Part shown: positions 1-10,913 of the stretch, piece by piece
Layout of the letters: every line of letters begins with the position of its first letter
Position numbering within the stretch: position 1 is the stretch's first letter
From: an uncultured Methanospirillum sp.
GTDB taxonomy: Archaea; Halobacteriota; Methanomicrobia; Methanomicrobiales; Methanospirillaceae
Length of the DNA: 64,000 bases
Reading direction: 5' to 3'
Assembly: GCA_964637135.1 (NCBI GenBank)
Contig: CAZWTX010000003.1
Coordinates: 1 to 64,000, forward strand
Program-made: the position numbers and the translations under genes
The notes under the pieces: generated by a model
What the model was told of the DNA's origin: nothing
Database searches by the model: none
The model's input: the letters and a program-made list of their open reading frames with translations, nothing else

Positions 1-111
1 TAAAGGAACAGATCCGGAGGCGTTCAACCGGGGGCATGACAACCGGCGGATACCGTCGGGGCCTGACGGGAAACGCAAACTGATTAAGGATCACGGCCCC
101 TATTATCCGGT

Positions 112-795
112 ATGCAGTCTCTTGCACTGAAATCACCGTTCATCCTGGTAAACCTGAAGAGTTATGCCGAATCTATCGGGCAGGGAGCACACCGGATTGG
201 GCGTGCTGCACGGGCAGTATCAGACGACACCGGGATCTCTATCGGGCTTGCACCCATGTACCCGGATATCCATCCGGTCAGGCATCACTTTGAGATCCCG
301 GTTTTCGCTCAGCATATCGATCCGGTTGAACCCGGGGCATTTACGGGAAGGATGCCGGTACAGGCAGTAAAGACTGCCGGTGCAATCGGATCACTGGTAA
401 ACCATTCAGAATACCGGCTTAATATCGCTGATATCGAGAGAAACGTATCTGTTTTAAAAGCCGAAAAGATGGTCTCCTGTGTATGCTCGAATAACGTGGC
501 AACCACGCAGGCACTGGCTGCTCTCTCCCCCGATTTCGTTGCGATAGAACCTCCTGAACTCATAGGAGGCACGATATCAGTATCAGAAGCGAACCCGGGA
601 ATAATCACGGCATCGGTCGAGGCAGTTAAGGAGATCAGCAGGGATACCCGGATCCTTACCGGGGCCGGAATTCATTCGGGAAAGTGTGTCAGGACAGCGG
701 TGGATCTTGGTACAGACGGCGTCCTGCTGGCATCAAGTGTTGTAAAAGCTACAGACCCTGAACTCGTTTTACGAGAACTTGTATCAAAACTCTGA
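112..795 (+). CDS. tpiA: Triosephosphate isomerase, archaeal type
   Basis: VNLKSY, AQHID, NHSE, AIEPPELIG and GVLLASS motifs. Confidence 0.95.
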   Translation: MQSLALKSPFILVNLKSYAESIGQGAHRIGRAARAVSDDTGISIGLAPMYPDIHPVRHHFEIPVFAQHIDPVEPGAFTGRMPVQAVKTAGAIGSLVNHSEYRLNIADIERNVSVLKAEKMVSCVCSNNVATTQALAALSPDFVAIEPPELIGGTISVSEANPGIITASVEAVKEISRDTRILTGAGIHSGKCVRTAVDLGTDGVLLASSVVKATDPELVLRELVSKL

Positions 796-1171
796 CCGGA
801 GACATCGTTGATCATATGCCCAGATAATGCCATCATCTCCATTTGGATCAGAGATGCATCGGAAAAACCCTACAGGACAGGAGAATACAACAGAAAAGGG
901 ATGTATTCCCTTTTCCATACCGTCACTGATATCTCCCCCGGTATTATTCCTTCGGGCTTCAATCGGTCTGCCGCCTCACTCCAATACCTGATTATCCCTG
1001 ATTTCAAAACCGCTGTATCCGTATCGCGGACTGGTCCCGGTATATGTCACCCTGATGGCAGTACACAATTCAGGAATTTTTTATAGAATCACGTAAATAA
1101 TAACCGGGCTGAGTTATGGTACAGATACCGGGAGGGACCGGTGTGAATCATCCATGGGGTCAGGTAAAACT

Positions 1172-1747
1172 ATGAAACATATCACGGGAATCATCATCTT
1201 AAGCGTAGTCATATCATTCCTTCTCATACAGGGGTGTTTCGCTGCTGATATACCAATACCCGGCAACAGTAGTGACAATCTCTCTCAATCTGACCAGGAA
1301 TTCCTTTTCTTTATGACCCAGTACTGGATCCCTGACCTCTACGAAATCAAAGGCCGCATTGACGGAGCATACAGTTATGATATCACCGAGATGCAGAATC
1401 TGTCCCTTGATTATGCCCGTGTACGTCTCGACAAGAACCTCAATGAAAGCCAGCAATACCAGGTATCTCCCGATCTCCTTGAACTCAGGCGCGGGTACCA
1501 GCTTGTCGTGAACAGGACCATCGGACTGGTTGAATCGGTACGATTACTCAACCGATCAGATTCGTCATACCCCGATCAGGTCTCAATGAAGACGGCACCT
1601 GTCACCCTGTATGGATCCTGGCTGGAATACCAGGTGATGAAGCATTATTCTTATCAGAACCGGTCATATCCCGATATTGTCATGGTTCCACCGGAACAGT
1701 TCTTCTCAATCATGGATAACCTGACAGCCCCCCCTTCCTCATACTAG
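1172..1747 (+). CDS. Secreted hypothetical protein
   Basis: MKH followed by a hydrophobic signal-peptide-like stretch; alternative start at 1154. Confidence 0.65.
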   Translation: MKHITGIIILSVVISFLLIQGCFAADIPIPGNSSDNLSQSDQEFLFFMTQYWIPDLYEIKGRIDGAYSYDITEMQNLSLDYARVRLDKNLNESQQYQVSPDLLELRRGYQLVVNRTIGLVESVRLLNRSDSSYPDQVSMKTAPVTLYGSWLEYQVMKHYSYQNRSYPDIVMVPPEQFFSIMDNLTAPPSSY

Positions 1748-1749
1748 AT

Positions 1750-2217
1750 ATGATCCAGATTGCCGTAATCGGGGGATCGAATCCGGATGAACAGGAATAC
1801 AATACAGCCTATGAACTCGGATGTCTCCTTTCAGGATCCAACGTTGCCCTGATTAACGGCGGACTTGGCGGTGTGATGGAAGCTGCCTGCAAGGGAATGA
1901 AGACGGGAATCGGACTTACGATAGCCATCGTCCCCGACATGGAGGGAAACCGGTACTCAGATATCGTCATCAGAACCCGGATGGGTCATGCTCGAAATGC
2001 CCTGATTGCCGGATCGGCAGATCTCGTCATCGCAGTCGGGGGTGAATACGGGACCCTGTCTGAGATAGCTCTCTCTCTGAAAGATGGAAAACCGGTTCTT
2101 GGTCTGAACACATGGGATATTGAGGGGGTTATCCCATGTTCCACGCCACAGGACGCGATCAGGCACGTCTGCCAGTTATTTCCGGAATTTGCGGCCCGCC
2201 ATACTTATATCCAATGA
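1750..2217 (+). CDS. LOG/TIGR00725-family Rossmann-fold protein
   Basis: IAVIGG, GGLGGVMEAA, ARN and GGEYGTLSE motifs. Confidence 0.85.
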   Translation: MIQIAVIGGSNPDEQEYNTAYELGCLLSGSNVALINGGLGGVMEAACKGMKTGIGLTIAIVPDMEGNRYSDIVIRTRMGHARNALIAGSADLVIAVGGEYGTLSEIALSLKDGKPVLGLNTWDIEGVIPCSTPQDAIRHVCQLFPEFAARHTYIQ

Positions 2218-2233
2218 TGGGTAATGAGAGGAT

Positions 2234-2863
2234 ATGCGTGTCAGGGACATTATCCTGCCTCAGGATACGGTTTTTCTTGAGTTTTTCGTCCTGCTGGCTG
2301 ACCGGATAACCCTGGCTTCAGACCTTCTCGCCGATCAGATAACCCATCTCTCCGATGACGGTCTGCATTGCAACAAAATCAGGACACTGGAGCATGAATC
2401 TGACGACATCGTCAGGAAGATCTTCGAACGGCTTGAAGAATCACTGATCACCCCGATTGAGCCTGATGAGATAGAACGTCTTGCCAAGGCCCTTGATGAT
2501 GTGATGGACATTATAGACTGGGTTTCACACCAGATCTGTAATTACAAGGTGAAAGAACCTGACCGGTACCTTCGACAGTTTGTCGAATTAATCTCCCTTG
2601 CCATCAGGGAGATCCACATCAGCATCAACCTCATCGGCACCCCGGAAAAGTATCACGAAATCCGCCATTCAATCGGAGAGATAAACCAGATATGGAACCA
2701 GACTGCAGACCTCCTCGGTTCCGCGGTCTCCGAGCTCTTCACCTCCCAGGACATGATGCATATTATAAAACTGAAAGATATCTATGAGAACCTGGAAGAG
2801 GTTCTGCAGGAATGCAACGATGTCGGCCATGTCCTGAATGATATCGTCAAGAGGCATTCCTGA
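2234..2863 (+). CDS. DUF47/PhoU-like phosphate transport regulator
   Basis: LEHESDDIVRKI, ITPIE and KDIYENLE motifs; lies directly upstream of a Pit transporter. Confidence 0.9.
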   Translation: MRVRDIILPQDTVFLEFFVLLADRITLASDLLADQITHLSDDGLHCNKIRTLEHESDDIVRKIFERLEESLITPIEPDEIERLAKALDDVMDIIDWVSHQICNYKVKEPDRYLRQFVELISLAIREIHISINLIGTPEKYHEIRHSIGEINQIWNQTADLLGSAVSELFTSQDMMHIIKLKDIYENLEEVLQECNDVGHVLNDIVKRHS

Positions 2864-2864
2864 G

Positions 2865-4055
2865 ATGGATCTGCTCCTGGCAGCAGGTATCATCCTGGCT
2901 CTTGCCCTGAGTTTTATCATCGGGATGAACGATGCAGGAAATGCAATCGCAACGGTAATCGCAACCCGTTCTCTTTCTCCGTTTCAGTCAATCCTGATGG
3001 CAGCGATTGGAAATGTCATCGGTCCGTTCCTGTTCACGACGGCAATTGCACAAACCATCGGAACCGGTATCGTTGTACCCGGTTCCCTGACGACGGCAAT
3101 GATTGTAACAGCCCTGATAACGACAGTGTTCCTTATTGCTCTGTTCACGAAATGGGGATTTCCGATATCAGCCAGTCATGCTCTTATCGGGTCTCTTATC
3201 GGGACAACCGTGGCCGGTGCAGGGATAACCGCTGTCATCCTGCCGCAATGGGAGATGGTCAGGGGAGTCCTTCTTGCCGGATTTCTCGGAGCCCTGATGG
3301 GTACCGTGTATGGAGGATTTCTCTCCTGGATGCTCAGGGAGCCGGTTCGCATCGGGGCCCTGGCAGGCGCTATCGGAGGGTTTTCCCTCATGATTGTTGC
3401 ACTCATGCTCCTTGACGTCCTTGATGTCTCCGGGATCCTGGCTATCATCATATTCATCATTATCTCCCCGGTACTCGGATTTGCCGGTGCGTTCTGCTTT
3501 GATATCATCATCTCGTACATCTTCCGGTTTACCCACCAGAGAACCCGCAGAAGAATATTCACACCCCTGCAGATAGGGGCAGGATTTCTTCAGTCGGCAG
3601 GTCACGGTGCAAATGACGGATTTCTTGCCGTCGGAGTTATCGGGCTCCTCATGTATACCGCCGGTGAAGCCGGTTCCTTTACCACCCCACTTCTGATGAT
3701 AGCGGGATCAGCATTGGCAATCGGAACGGGCACCCTTTTCGGCGGCTGGAATGTCATTCAGAAGATGGCTAAAAAGATCACCCGGATACGCCCGTACCAG
3801 GGATTCTGTTCAGCCATTGCGGGGGGAACCATCGTGTCACTAATGGCCCTGAGCGGGATTCCCTCCTCTTCGACACACATCATCAGCGGATCAATTGTCG
3901 GGGTGGGTGCCACGAGAGGGAAAAACGCAGTTGACTGGAGAATAGTCAGGGAGATCGTTTCGGCATGGATCTGGACCATGCCGATCTCGATACTCATCTC
4001 GTACCTGGCCTATTCTTTCGCGACATTAGCTGTTTTCCGGTTCATTCCACCCTGA
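2865..4055 (+). CDS. pit: Inorganic phosphate transporter, PiT/PHO4 family
   Basis: GMNDAGNAIAT and HGAND signatures, PISASH, many TM segments; start taken at MDLLL. Confidence 0.92.
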   Translation: MDLLLAAGIILALALSFIIGMNDAGNAIATVIATRSLSPFQSILMAAIGNVIGPFLFTTAIAQTIGTGIVVPGSLTTAMIVTALITTVFLIALFTKWGFPISASHALIGSLIGTTVAGAGITAVILPQWEMVRGVLLAGFLGALMGTVYGGFLSWMLREPVRIGALAGAIGGFSLMIVALMLLDVLDVSGILAIIIFIIISPVLGFAGAFCFDIIISYIFRFTHQRTRRRIFTPLQIGAGFLQSAGHGANDGFLAVGVIGLLMYTAGEAGSFTTPLLMIAGSALAIGTGTLFGGWNVIQKMAKKITRIRPYQGFCSAIAGGTIVSLMALSGIPSSSTHIISGSIVGVGATRGKNAVDWRIVREIVSAWIWTMPISILISYLAYSFATLAVFRFIPP

Positions 4056-4138
4056 GAGCATCATTGCCTGCCTTCGGAATCGCGGGTACCTGGTTGGATC
4101 GCAATAATCAATCACGATACCGGATAATATTAGTTCAT

Positions 4139-4711
4139 ATGCCGGTGGGGAAGGCTGATCTCCGGAATACCCTACGTTTGATCAGGGGATCCATCAATGA
4201 AGATGAGCGGGAGGAAAAAAGCAACGCAATATGTGAACATCTCAGTTCAATCACCAGCAGGGATGATACGGTTCTTGTCTATTGCGCAAAGGAACCGGAA
4301 GTGGATACGACTCCATATATCGATTACCTCCTCTCTGAAGGGATTCCGGTGATTGTGCCCCTGATCCAGACCAAAGATATCAGCCTCCGGCTCTCATATA
4401 TCACAACCCGATCCTGCCTGAAGACCAGTACGTTTTCGGTTCCTGAACCAGTCGGGAAAGAAATTCCGGCAACTCCGGAAGATGTGACCATGGTGATCCT
4501 TCCAATGCTCGGCTATGACACGACCGGGGCGAGAATCGGATATGGTGCAGGATATTACGACCGTTTTCTGAGTGAAAATTCCCACATGAAACGGGTAGGG
4601 GTGGCGTTTGCCTGCCAGGAGGTCAGTTCAGTCCCAACCGATCCCTTCGATATCAGAATGCACGTCATTATTACCGAGAAAGGGATAATCACCTGCACGG
4701 AGGAGACATGA
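4139..4711 (+). CDS. 5-formyltetrahydrofolate cyclo-ligase family protein
   Basis: EVDT, VPEP, RIGYGAGYYDRFL and IITE motifs; ATG at 4139. Confidence 0.9.
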   Translation: MPVGKADLRNTLRLIRGSINEDEREEKSNAICEHLSSITSRDDTVLVYCAKEPEVDTTPYIDYLLSEGIPVIVPLIQTKDISLRLSYITTRSCLKTSTFSVPEPVGKEIPATPEDVTMVILPMLGYDTTGARIGYGAGYYDRFLSENSHMKRVGVAFACQEVSSVPTDPFDIRMHVIITEKGIITCTEET

Positions 4712-7104
4712 CATCGCGTGGCGGAATAAAACTCGAGGTGAAACGGGCATCTGAGGAAGATGCCGGCAAAGGAATTGCACGACTTCACCCTGCGGTGATG
4801 CGGGCGCTTGGCATTGTAAATGGAGAATTCATCGAAATACTTGGAGCGAAGCGTGCAGTTGCCGTTGCATGGACATCACAGGCCACCGGGCATGAACGTA
4901 ATAATATCGCGGTTGATGGAGAGATTCGAAGCAACGCCGGGTGCGGTATTGATGACAAGGTCACCATACGCCGGATACTGGCACATGATCTCAGGAAGAT
5001 CGTCCTCCAGCCGGTTACATCGATTAATCTGAATAATCCGGAACTACTCCTTGCCAAAAAACTCAGGGGAAGACCGGTCATTGAAGGGCAGACCGTCAGG
5101 ATTGATCTCATTGGGAATACAGTAACCTTTGTTGTCTCAAGAATTGAGCCCACTGGAGTCGGGATCGTAACTTTTACCACAGAAGTGATGCTCCATGATG
5201 TCCCCTACCAGACTGCCGAGCTGGGAAAAGAAGAAACACTAATCCACTACGAGGATATCGGGGGATTATCACGAGAAATCAGCCTTATACGGGAAATGAT
5301 CGAGATCCCCCTCAGGTATCCACAGATTTTCGAACGACTGGGTATTGATCCTCCCAAAGGTGTTCTCCTCTTTGGCCCGCCGGGAACCGGTAAGACTCTT
5401 CTTGCCCGGGCCGTCGCCAGTGAAGTGGATGCCCATTTCATCCCCCTTTCCGGACCGGAGGTGATGAGTAAGTATTACGGTGATTCTGAAAAGAAGATCC
5501 GGGAAATATTCGATGAAGCACGTGAGAAAGCTCCATCTATCATCTTTATCGATGAGATCGATTCCATCGCCCCCAAACGGCAGGAGACGACCGGCGAGGT
5601 GGAACGAAGGGTCACCGCCCAGCTGCTCACCATGATGGACGGCCTGGCCAGTCGCGGACAGGTTGTGGTGATCGCGGCAACGAATATGCCTGATACCATC
5701 GACCCGGCACTCCGGAGGGGAGGAAGATTTGACCGGGAGATTGAGATCGGAATCCCTGACAAGGCAGGCAGGCTGGAAATTTTCCATGTTCATACCCGTA
5801 ATATGCCGCTCGCTGAGGATGTCGATCTTGACGGGTATGCCGATTCCACCTATGGATTTGTCGGAGCAGATATCGCTCTTCATTGCAAGGAAGCGGCAAT
5901 GCATGCCCTCCGGGGGATCATGTCACAGATGAAGGAGGGGCAGGAGGTTCCCCCAGAAATCATCGATGCACTCATGATCACCCATTCCGACTTCATCGAG
6001 GCCCGAAAATCAGTTGAACCCTCTGCCATGCGTGAACTCTATGTTGAGATCCCGGAAGTCTCCTGGGAGATGGTTGCCGGCCTCGATATGGTCAAGCATG
6101 AGATTGAGAAGGTCATCGAATGGCCGGTAAAACGAAGGGCTGTGTTTGACCAGCTGAAGATCCATCCATCAAAGGGGATTCTCCTTTTTGGCCCGCCGGG
6201 AACCGGCAAGACACTCCTTGCAAAGGCAATTGCAGCAAAATCAAGGATGAATTTCATCTCGATTAAAGGACCGGAACTGCTCTCCAAGTGGGTCGGCGAT
6301 TCAGAAAAACAGGTCAGGGAGGCATTCAGAAAGGCCCGCCAATCTGCCCCGGCAATCATTTTTTTCGATGAAATAGATGCCCTCGTTCAGAAAAGAGGTC
6401 AGAACCCGGGCAATTCCCGGGTTGGAGAGAGTGTTCTCTCACAGATCCTTACCGAGATGGACGGTATTGAGGAGTTAAAGGACGTCATGGTTATCGCTGC
6501 CACAAACAGGCCGGACATGCTTGATCCCGCCCTTCTTCGACCAGGACGGCTGGAGAAGCATATTCACGTCCCTGCACCGGATGAAGCCGGTCGGCTTGCA
6601 ATTCTCACTTATTATATGAACGAAATAACCCATCTCATCGCATCGGATATCGATCTCAGGGAGATTGCCGCAGGGATGAAATACTTCGTCGGTGCTGATA
6701 TCCAGGCATTTGTCAGGGAATTAAAACTGGCAACGATAGATGAGATCTTCACGAATTTCTCCGAATACAAAGAGACACCACAGTTTCTCATTACCCGGGA
6801 CTGTATAGACAACGTTCGTGAGCGTGTTTCAGGAACCCTTGAAAACCGGAATCTTGAAATTTTTGAGGTTGGAACATGGGAACTCCTCTACCCGAGAAAA
6901 ATCCGGGAAATCCTTATGCGTTCAGCGATGGTAATTTCCCGGGCAGATGCAATCTGTCTGAAGAAAGCACTCTCACCGGAGGCTTCAGCCACGCTTCAGA
7001 TCCTCAGGGAGAAAACATTCTGGCAGGCTGCAGATATGAAAGAGATTGAAATTCTTACAAAGGATCTTGAATCATATCTTGAACGTGAGACACCAAGTTC
7101 GTGA
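4708..7104 (+). CDS. cdc48: Cdc48/VAT-family double AAA+ ATPase, copy 1
   Basis: N-domain, two GPPGTGKT Walker A, IDEID/FDEID Walker B, KYYG and KWVG pore loops. Confidence 0.96.
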   Translation: MTSRGGIKLEVKRASEEDAGKGIARLHPAVMRALGIVNGEFIEILGAKRAVAVAWTSQATGHERNNIAVDGEIRSNAGCGIDDKVTIRRILAHDLRKIVLQPVTSINLNNPELLLAKKLRGRPVIEGQTVRIDLIGNTVTFVVSRIEPTGVGIVTFTTEVMLHDVPYQTAELGKEETLIHYEDIGGLSREISLIREMIEIPLRYPQIFERLGIDPPKGVLLFGPPGTGKTLLARAVASEVDAHFIPLSGPEVMSKYYGDSEKKIREIFDEAREKAPSIIFIDEIDSIAPKRQETTGEVERRVTAQLLTMMDGLASRGQVVVIAATNMPDTIDPALRRGGRFDREIEIGIPDKAGRLEIFHVHTRNMPLAEDVDLDGYADSTYGFVGADIALHCKEAAMHALRGIMSQMKEGQEVPPEIIDALMITHSDFIEARKSVEPSAMRELYVEIPEVSWEMVAGLDMVKHEIEKVIEWPVKRRAVFDQLKIHPSKGILLFGPPGTGKTLLAKAIAAKSRMNFISIKGPELLSKWVGDSEKQVREAFRKARQSAPAIIFFDEIDALVQKRGQNPGNSRVGESVLSQILTEMDGIEELKDVMVIAATNRPDMLDPALLRPGRLEKHIHVPAPDEAGRLAILTYYMNEITHLIASDIDLREIAAGMKYFVGADIQAFVRELKLATIDEIFTNFSEYKETPQFLITRDCIDNVRERVSGTLENRNLEIFEVGTWELLYPRKIREILMRSAMVISRADAICLKKALSPEASATLQILREKTFWQAADMKEIEILTKDLESYLERETPSS

Positions 7105-7110
7105 GTGATG

Positions 7111-7150
7111 TTTATATATTAGTTGAGAGTAACTTTAGGTGAACCTTTAG
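7111..7150 (+). promoter_or_regulatory. TATA box of cdc48-2/hsp20 with downstream short inverted repeats
   Basis: TTTATATA at 7111-7118; AGTT-N6-AACT at 7121-7134; AGGT-N2-ACCT at 7137-7146. Confidence 0.6.
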
Positions 7151-7162
7151 TGGTGATTACTC

Positions 7163-9898
7163 ATGACTCATTCACGTGACATTACATTAACGGTCCAGGA
7201 AGCCCTTCAAAACCAGGACATCGGAAAAGATATTGCCAGAATGTCCTGGGAGATGATGGAACAGCTGGGAGTTTCACGGGGGGACGTGGTCGAGATCGAA
7301 GGTGTCTCGAGGACATACGCACAGGTCTACCCGTCCAACTCCCCCTGGGCTGATGCCCTGCATATCGACGGAAATATCCGCAGGCGTGCGGGTATCGGGA
7401 TCAGGGAACAGGCAGTCATCAGGAAAGCAGACCTCAGGGAAGCACAGACCATCGAATTCCAGATCGTCCAGGATGTTTCAGGTCTTCATCCGAAGGATAT
7501 CGAGGAGATACTTGCCAGTCAGCTGGGCGATGAGATTCTGTACCGCGGCAAGGCATACCGGATACCGGTGGGGTACCAGAATGATCCCTTCGACGACTTT
7601 TACCGCAGCTTCGGATTCTCACGGGGGATGTTTGGGAGTTCTCATACGGCATATGCAGTAGTGGCAGTCAGCCGGACCCACCCTGACGGAGCTGTACAGA
7701 TCGGGCCGAAAACACGGGTATCGGTCACGAGAGGATCAGGAGAACAGAAAGGGCAACAGAGGCAGTCTGCGGATACCTCCGAAAAAGGACGTGATGCAGA
7801 AAAATATATCCCGGATATTCATTACGAGGATATCGGCGGACTTGATCGGGAACTGTCACTGGTCAGGGAGATGATTGAATTACCCCTTCGCAATCCAGAA
7901 CTTTTTGAACGGCTCGGGATTGAACCACCGAAAGGGGTACTCCTCTACGGACCGCCGGGTACCGGAAAAACCCTCATTGCAAAAGCTGTAGCGAACGAGG
8001 TAAATGCTCATTTCATCACCCTTTCAGGCCCGGAGATCATGAACAAGTATTACGGGGAGTCTGAAGGGAAACTTCGTGAGGTATTTGAGGAAGCCGAACA
8101 GCATGCACCTTCGATCATCTTCATCGATGAGATCGACTCGATCGCACCAAAACGTGAGGAGACAAAGGGTGAGGTGGAACGAAGAATCGTTGCCCAGCTG
8201 CTCTCCCTGATGGACGGTCTGAAGAGCCGGGGAAAGGTCATCGTTATCGCGGCGACCAACCTTCCGGACAACATTGATCCGGCCCTCCGACGGGGAGGAA
8301 GGTTTGATCGGGAGATAGAAATCGGGATTCCCGACATCTCGGGACGGCTGACGATCTTCCAGATTCATGCACGCAATGTTCCTCTTGATCTTTCCGGGAT
8401 CACGATCGCCGATGAGCAGCTCACCCGAGACGAAAAGGTTCTCAGGGACCGGATCACCGCCGACATCGATGAACTGAATGAAAAGATCGCAAAAGAACAG
8501 GAACTGTCTGTCAAAGATGAACTGAACAGGAAACTCGGGGATATCAGTGCACAGGCTGAAGAGAGCGACAACACTATCAGGAGACGTCTCTTTCTCCAGC
8601 CGTATGCGAACCAGACCCACGGCTTTGTCGGTGCCGATATCAGCCTCGTAGTCAAGGAAGCTGCGATGCATGCCCTCCGGAAGATCCTCGAGAAAGTACC
8701 ACCGAAGGATATCAAGGAAGGGAAGATCGACAAGAGCCTCATCCAGGGAATCAGGGTTACAGCCGATGATTTCCAGGCAGCACTAACCCATGTTGAACCT
8801 TCTGCCATGCGTGAGGTACTCATCGAGGTGCCCGATATCACCTGGGACGATATCGGCGGGCTTGATTCCGTGAAGAAAGAACTCCAGGAGGCAGTCGAAT
8901 GGCCAATCAGGTACCCGCAGCTCTTCAGGCACCTGCAGACCAAGACCCCGAAGGGGATTCTCCTCTTCGGGCCGCCGGGAACCGGGAAGACGATGATGGC
9001 AAAGGCTGTTGCCCACGAGAGTGAATGCAACTTCATCTCGGTCAAGGGACCTGAACTCATATCCAAGTGGGTTGGTGAATCAGAGAAAGGGGTCCGTGAG
9101 ATCTTCAGAAAAGCACGGCAGGCCGCTCCATCGATCATCTTCTTCGATGAGATCGATGCCCTGGTTCCAAAACGGGGAGCCTATTCAGATGCCACCCATG
9201 TCACTGAAAGTGTGGTCTCCCAGATCCTGACAGAACTGGACGGAATGGAGGAACTCAAGAACGTCACGATCATCGGAGCCACCAACCGGCCGGACATGCT
9301 TGATGATGCCCTGCTCAGGCCGGGAAGACTAGAGCGGCATATCGCCATCCCTGCACCGGATGAAGACGGGCGCCGGAAGATCTTCGAGGTATACCTGAAA
9401 GATACCGGAACACTCCTGACCAGTGATGTCACCACAGATGATCTCGTGACGAAAACAGACGGCTTTGTCGGAGCAGACATTGAAGCACTTGTCAGGGAAG
9501 CAAAACTTGCTGCAATGCGGGAGTTCATCTCCCTGATGAGAGGAAGAACACCCCGGGAAATGGAAGAGGCCATAACAAATGTCCGCATCACCGGCAAACA
9601 CTTTGATGAGGCATTTCAACGGGCCAGGGGATCCCTTGACAAGACATCCCTCGAACGGTACGAGCACCTCGCGTGGGATTACCTCTACAGCCAGGAACAG
9701 AAGGAGATCCTGGAAAAGGCAGCATCAGCAATCAGAATTGCCGGACAATCAGGGAAACACGAAGAACAGGGGAGAGAACTATATAACGCGGTTTATCGTG
9801 TACCGGGGAAAGACTTCAAATATATTAAGAAACTGACTGAGGAACTTGATAATACCTCCAGTTCCACTATAAAGGGAGAAAACCGCTATCATGAGTGA
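7163..9898 (+). CDS. cdc48: Cdc48/VAT-family double AAA+ ATPase, copy 2, with insertions
   Basis: Two intact AAA modules; extra F/G-rich segment in the N-domain and charged helical insert in D1. Confidence 0.96.
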   Translation: MTHSRDITLTVQEALQNQDIGKDIARMSWEMMEQLGVSRGDVVEIEGVSRTYAQVYPSNSPWADALHIDGNIRRRAGIGIREQAVIRKADLREAQTIEFQIVQDVSGLHPKDIEEILASQLGDEILYRGKAYRIPVGYQNDPFDDFYRSFGFSRGMFGSSHTAYAVVAVSRTHPDGAVQIGPKTRVSVTRGSGEQKGQQRQSADTSEKGRDAEKYIPDIHYEDIGGLDRELSLVREMIELPLRNPELFERLGIEPPKGVLLYGPPGTGKTLIAKAVANEVNAHFITLSGPEIMNKYYGESEGKLREVFEEAEQHAPSIIFIDEIDSIAPKREETKGEVERRIVAQLLSLMDGLKSRGKVIVIAATNLPDNIDPALRRGGRFDREIEIGIPDISGRLTIFQIHARNVPLDLSGITIADEQLTRDEKVLRDRITADIDELNEKIAKEQELSVKDELNRKLGDISAQAEESDNTIRRRLFLQPYANQTHGFVGADISLVVKEAAMHALRKILEKVPPKDIKEGKIDKSLIQGIRVTADDFQAALTHVEPSAMREVLIEVPDITWDDIGGLDSVKKELQEAVEWPIRYPQLFRHLQTKTPKGILLFGPPGTGKTMMAKAVAHESECNFISVKGPELISKWVGESEKGVREIFRKARQAAPSIIFFDEIDALVPKRGAYSDATHVTESVVSQILTELDGMEELKNVTIIGATNRPDMLDDALLRPGRLERHIAIPAPDEDGRRKIFEVYLKDTGTLLTSDVTTDDLVTKTDGFVGADIEALVREAKLAAMREFISLMRGRTPREMEEAITNVRITGKHFDEAFQRARGSLDKTSLERYEHLAWDYLYSQEQKEILEKAASAIRIAGQSGKHEEQGRELYNAVYRVPGKDFKYIKKLTEELDNTSSSTIKGENRYHE

Positions 9899-10388
9899 TA
9901 TCCCCCCAGAAGAATTCAGAAATATTGAGGATATGCTGAAAAAAATCCTCACCCAGGCTTTTGGAACCTCCCAGATGAAACCGGGCCTCGTCGGTGTGAA
10001 CATTATTGTCGCAGGCGGCCTACCCGGCGGACCGGGCGGTTCGGTCCAGAACCCGGGCAGAGACATTGAACATCCGGAGATCGAGATCACAGAATGGGAT
10101 GGACGGCTTATCGTTACCTGTGAACTCAGGGGCCTTTCCGATGAGAATGTAAAGGTGGCGCTGGCTGAGGGTGCCCTGCATATAATCGGGTTTGACGGGA
10201 AGATCAGGTACCGGAACTCTGCACCGATCCCCCCTGTCGTAGAAGCTTCCTGTACCCGAACCTTTGAAAACGGGGTTCTTGAACTGACATACCTGCTCAG
10301 GCATGACCAGGGACATCACCAGGATGCAGAACCGGTCAGTGATACCCTGTCCACAAGTGGGGAGGACTCCTCCTCGCCCCTCGCATAA
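9891..10388 (+). CDS. Small heat-shock protein (Hsp20/alpha-crystallin domain)
   Basis: ELRGLS...VKV and [10 protein letters not shown] motifs; overlaps the end of cdc48-2. Confidence 0.85.
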   Translation: MSDIPPEEFRNIEDMLKKILTQAFGTSQMKPGLVGVNIIVAGGLPGGPGGSVQNPGRDIEHPEIEITEWDGRLIVTCELRGLSDENVKVALAEGALHIIGFDGKIRYRNSAPIPPVVEASCTRTFENGVLELTYLLRHDQGHHQDAEPVSDTLSTSGEDSSSPLA

Positions 10389-10392
10389 TCCT

Positions 10393-10803
10393 TCATCCGT
10401 AGCCGTCAATCTCGTACCTGAATGCCGTTGACTTCATTCTGCACTCATCCCCGTGAAGAATCATCTCATCAAGCATTTTTTTTAATCCTGACGGATATAC
10501 TGCACCGACCTGTGACTGGACCGGTTTTCCGCCACAAAAAAAGACAAAGGTGGGCGTCGCCATAATTCCGTACCGTTCACCGATCCAGCCAAAACGGAGG
10601 AGGTCAAGCTGGTAAAACCGGATTCGTGGATGGTAACTCATGGCCAGATCGGTCACTGAAGGCATCATCCTGGTGCAATGACTACAGTCAGGACTGTAGA
10701 ACATAACAAAGACCGGATCGGGAGATCGTTCTACCTGCTGCTCCCAGTCGTGATCATCAAGATCGCGGATTGGTTCCCTATCCATGATGCTGCTATTGAC
10801 CAT
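10393..10803 (-). CDS. Thioredoxin family protein
   Basis: FYSPDCSHC CxxC motif; YGIMATPTF cis-Pro loop. Confidence 0.88.
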   Translation of the reverse strand: MVNSSIMDREPIRDLDDHDWEQQVERSPDPVFVMFYSPDCSHCTRMMPSVTDLAMSYHPRIRFYQLDLLRFGWIGERYGIMATPTFVFFCGGKPVQSQVGAVYPSGLKKMLDEMILHGDECRMKSTAFRYEIDGYG

Positions 10804-10913
10804 GAACGCGATAAAATAAGTGGTAGCAGGACAGGTGTCAGTGTATCAGGAACAATATCAGAACATACGGAAACCCAATGAATAAAAATAGTTACGAGTA
10901 AGAGTACTTCTCA

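Noticed and set aside
808..1086. 92-aa ORF after tpiA
   Set aside because: TTG start, no recognisable motif and atypical composition
5247..9667. Many long antisense ORFs, including two near-identical 95-aa ones (5475-5762 and 8050-8337)
   Set aside because: They are shadow frames of the conserved AAA modules in the two cdc48 genes, not a repeat element
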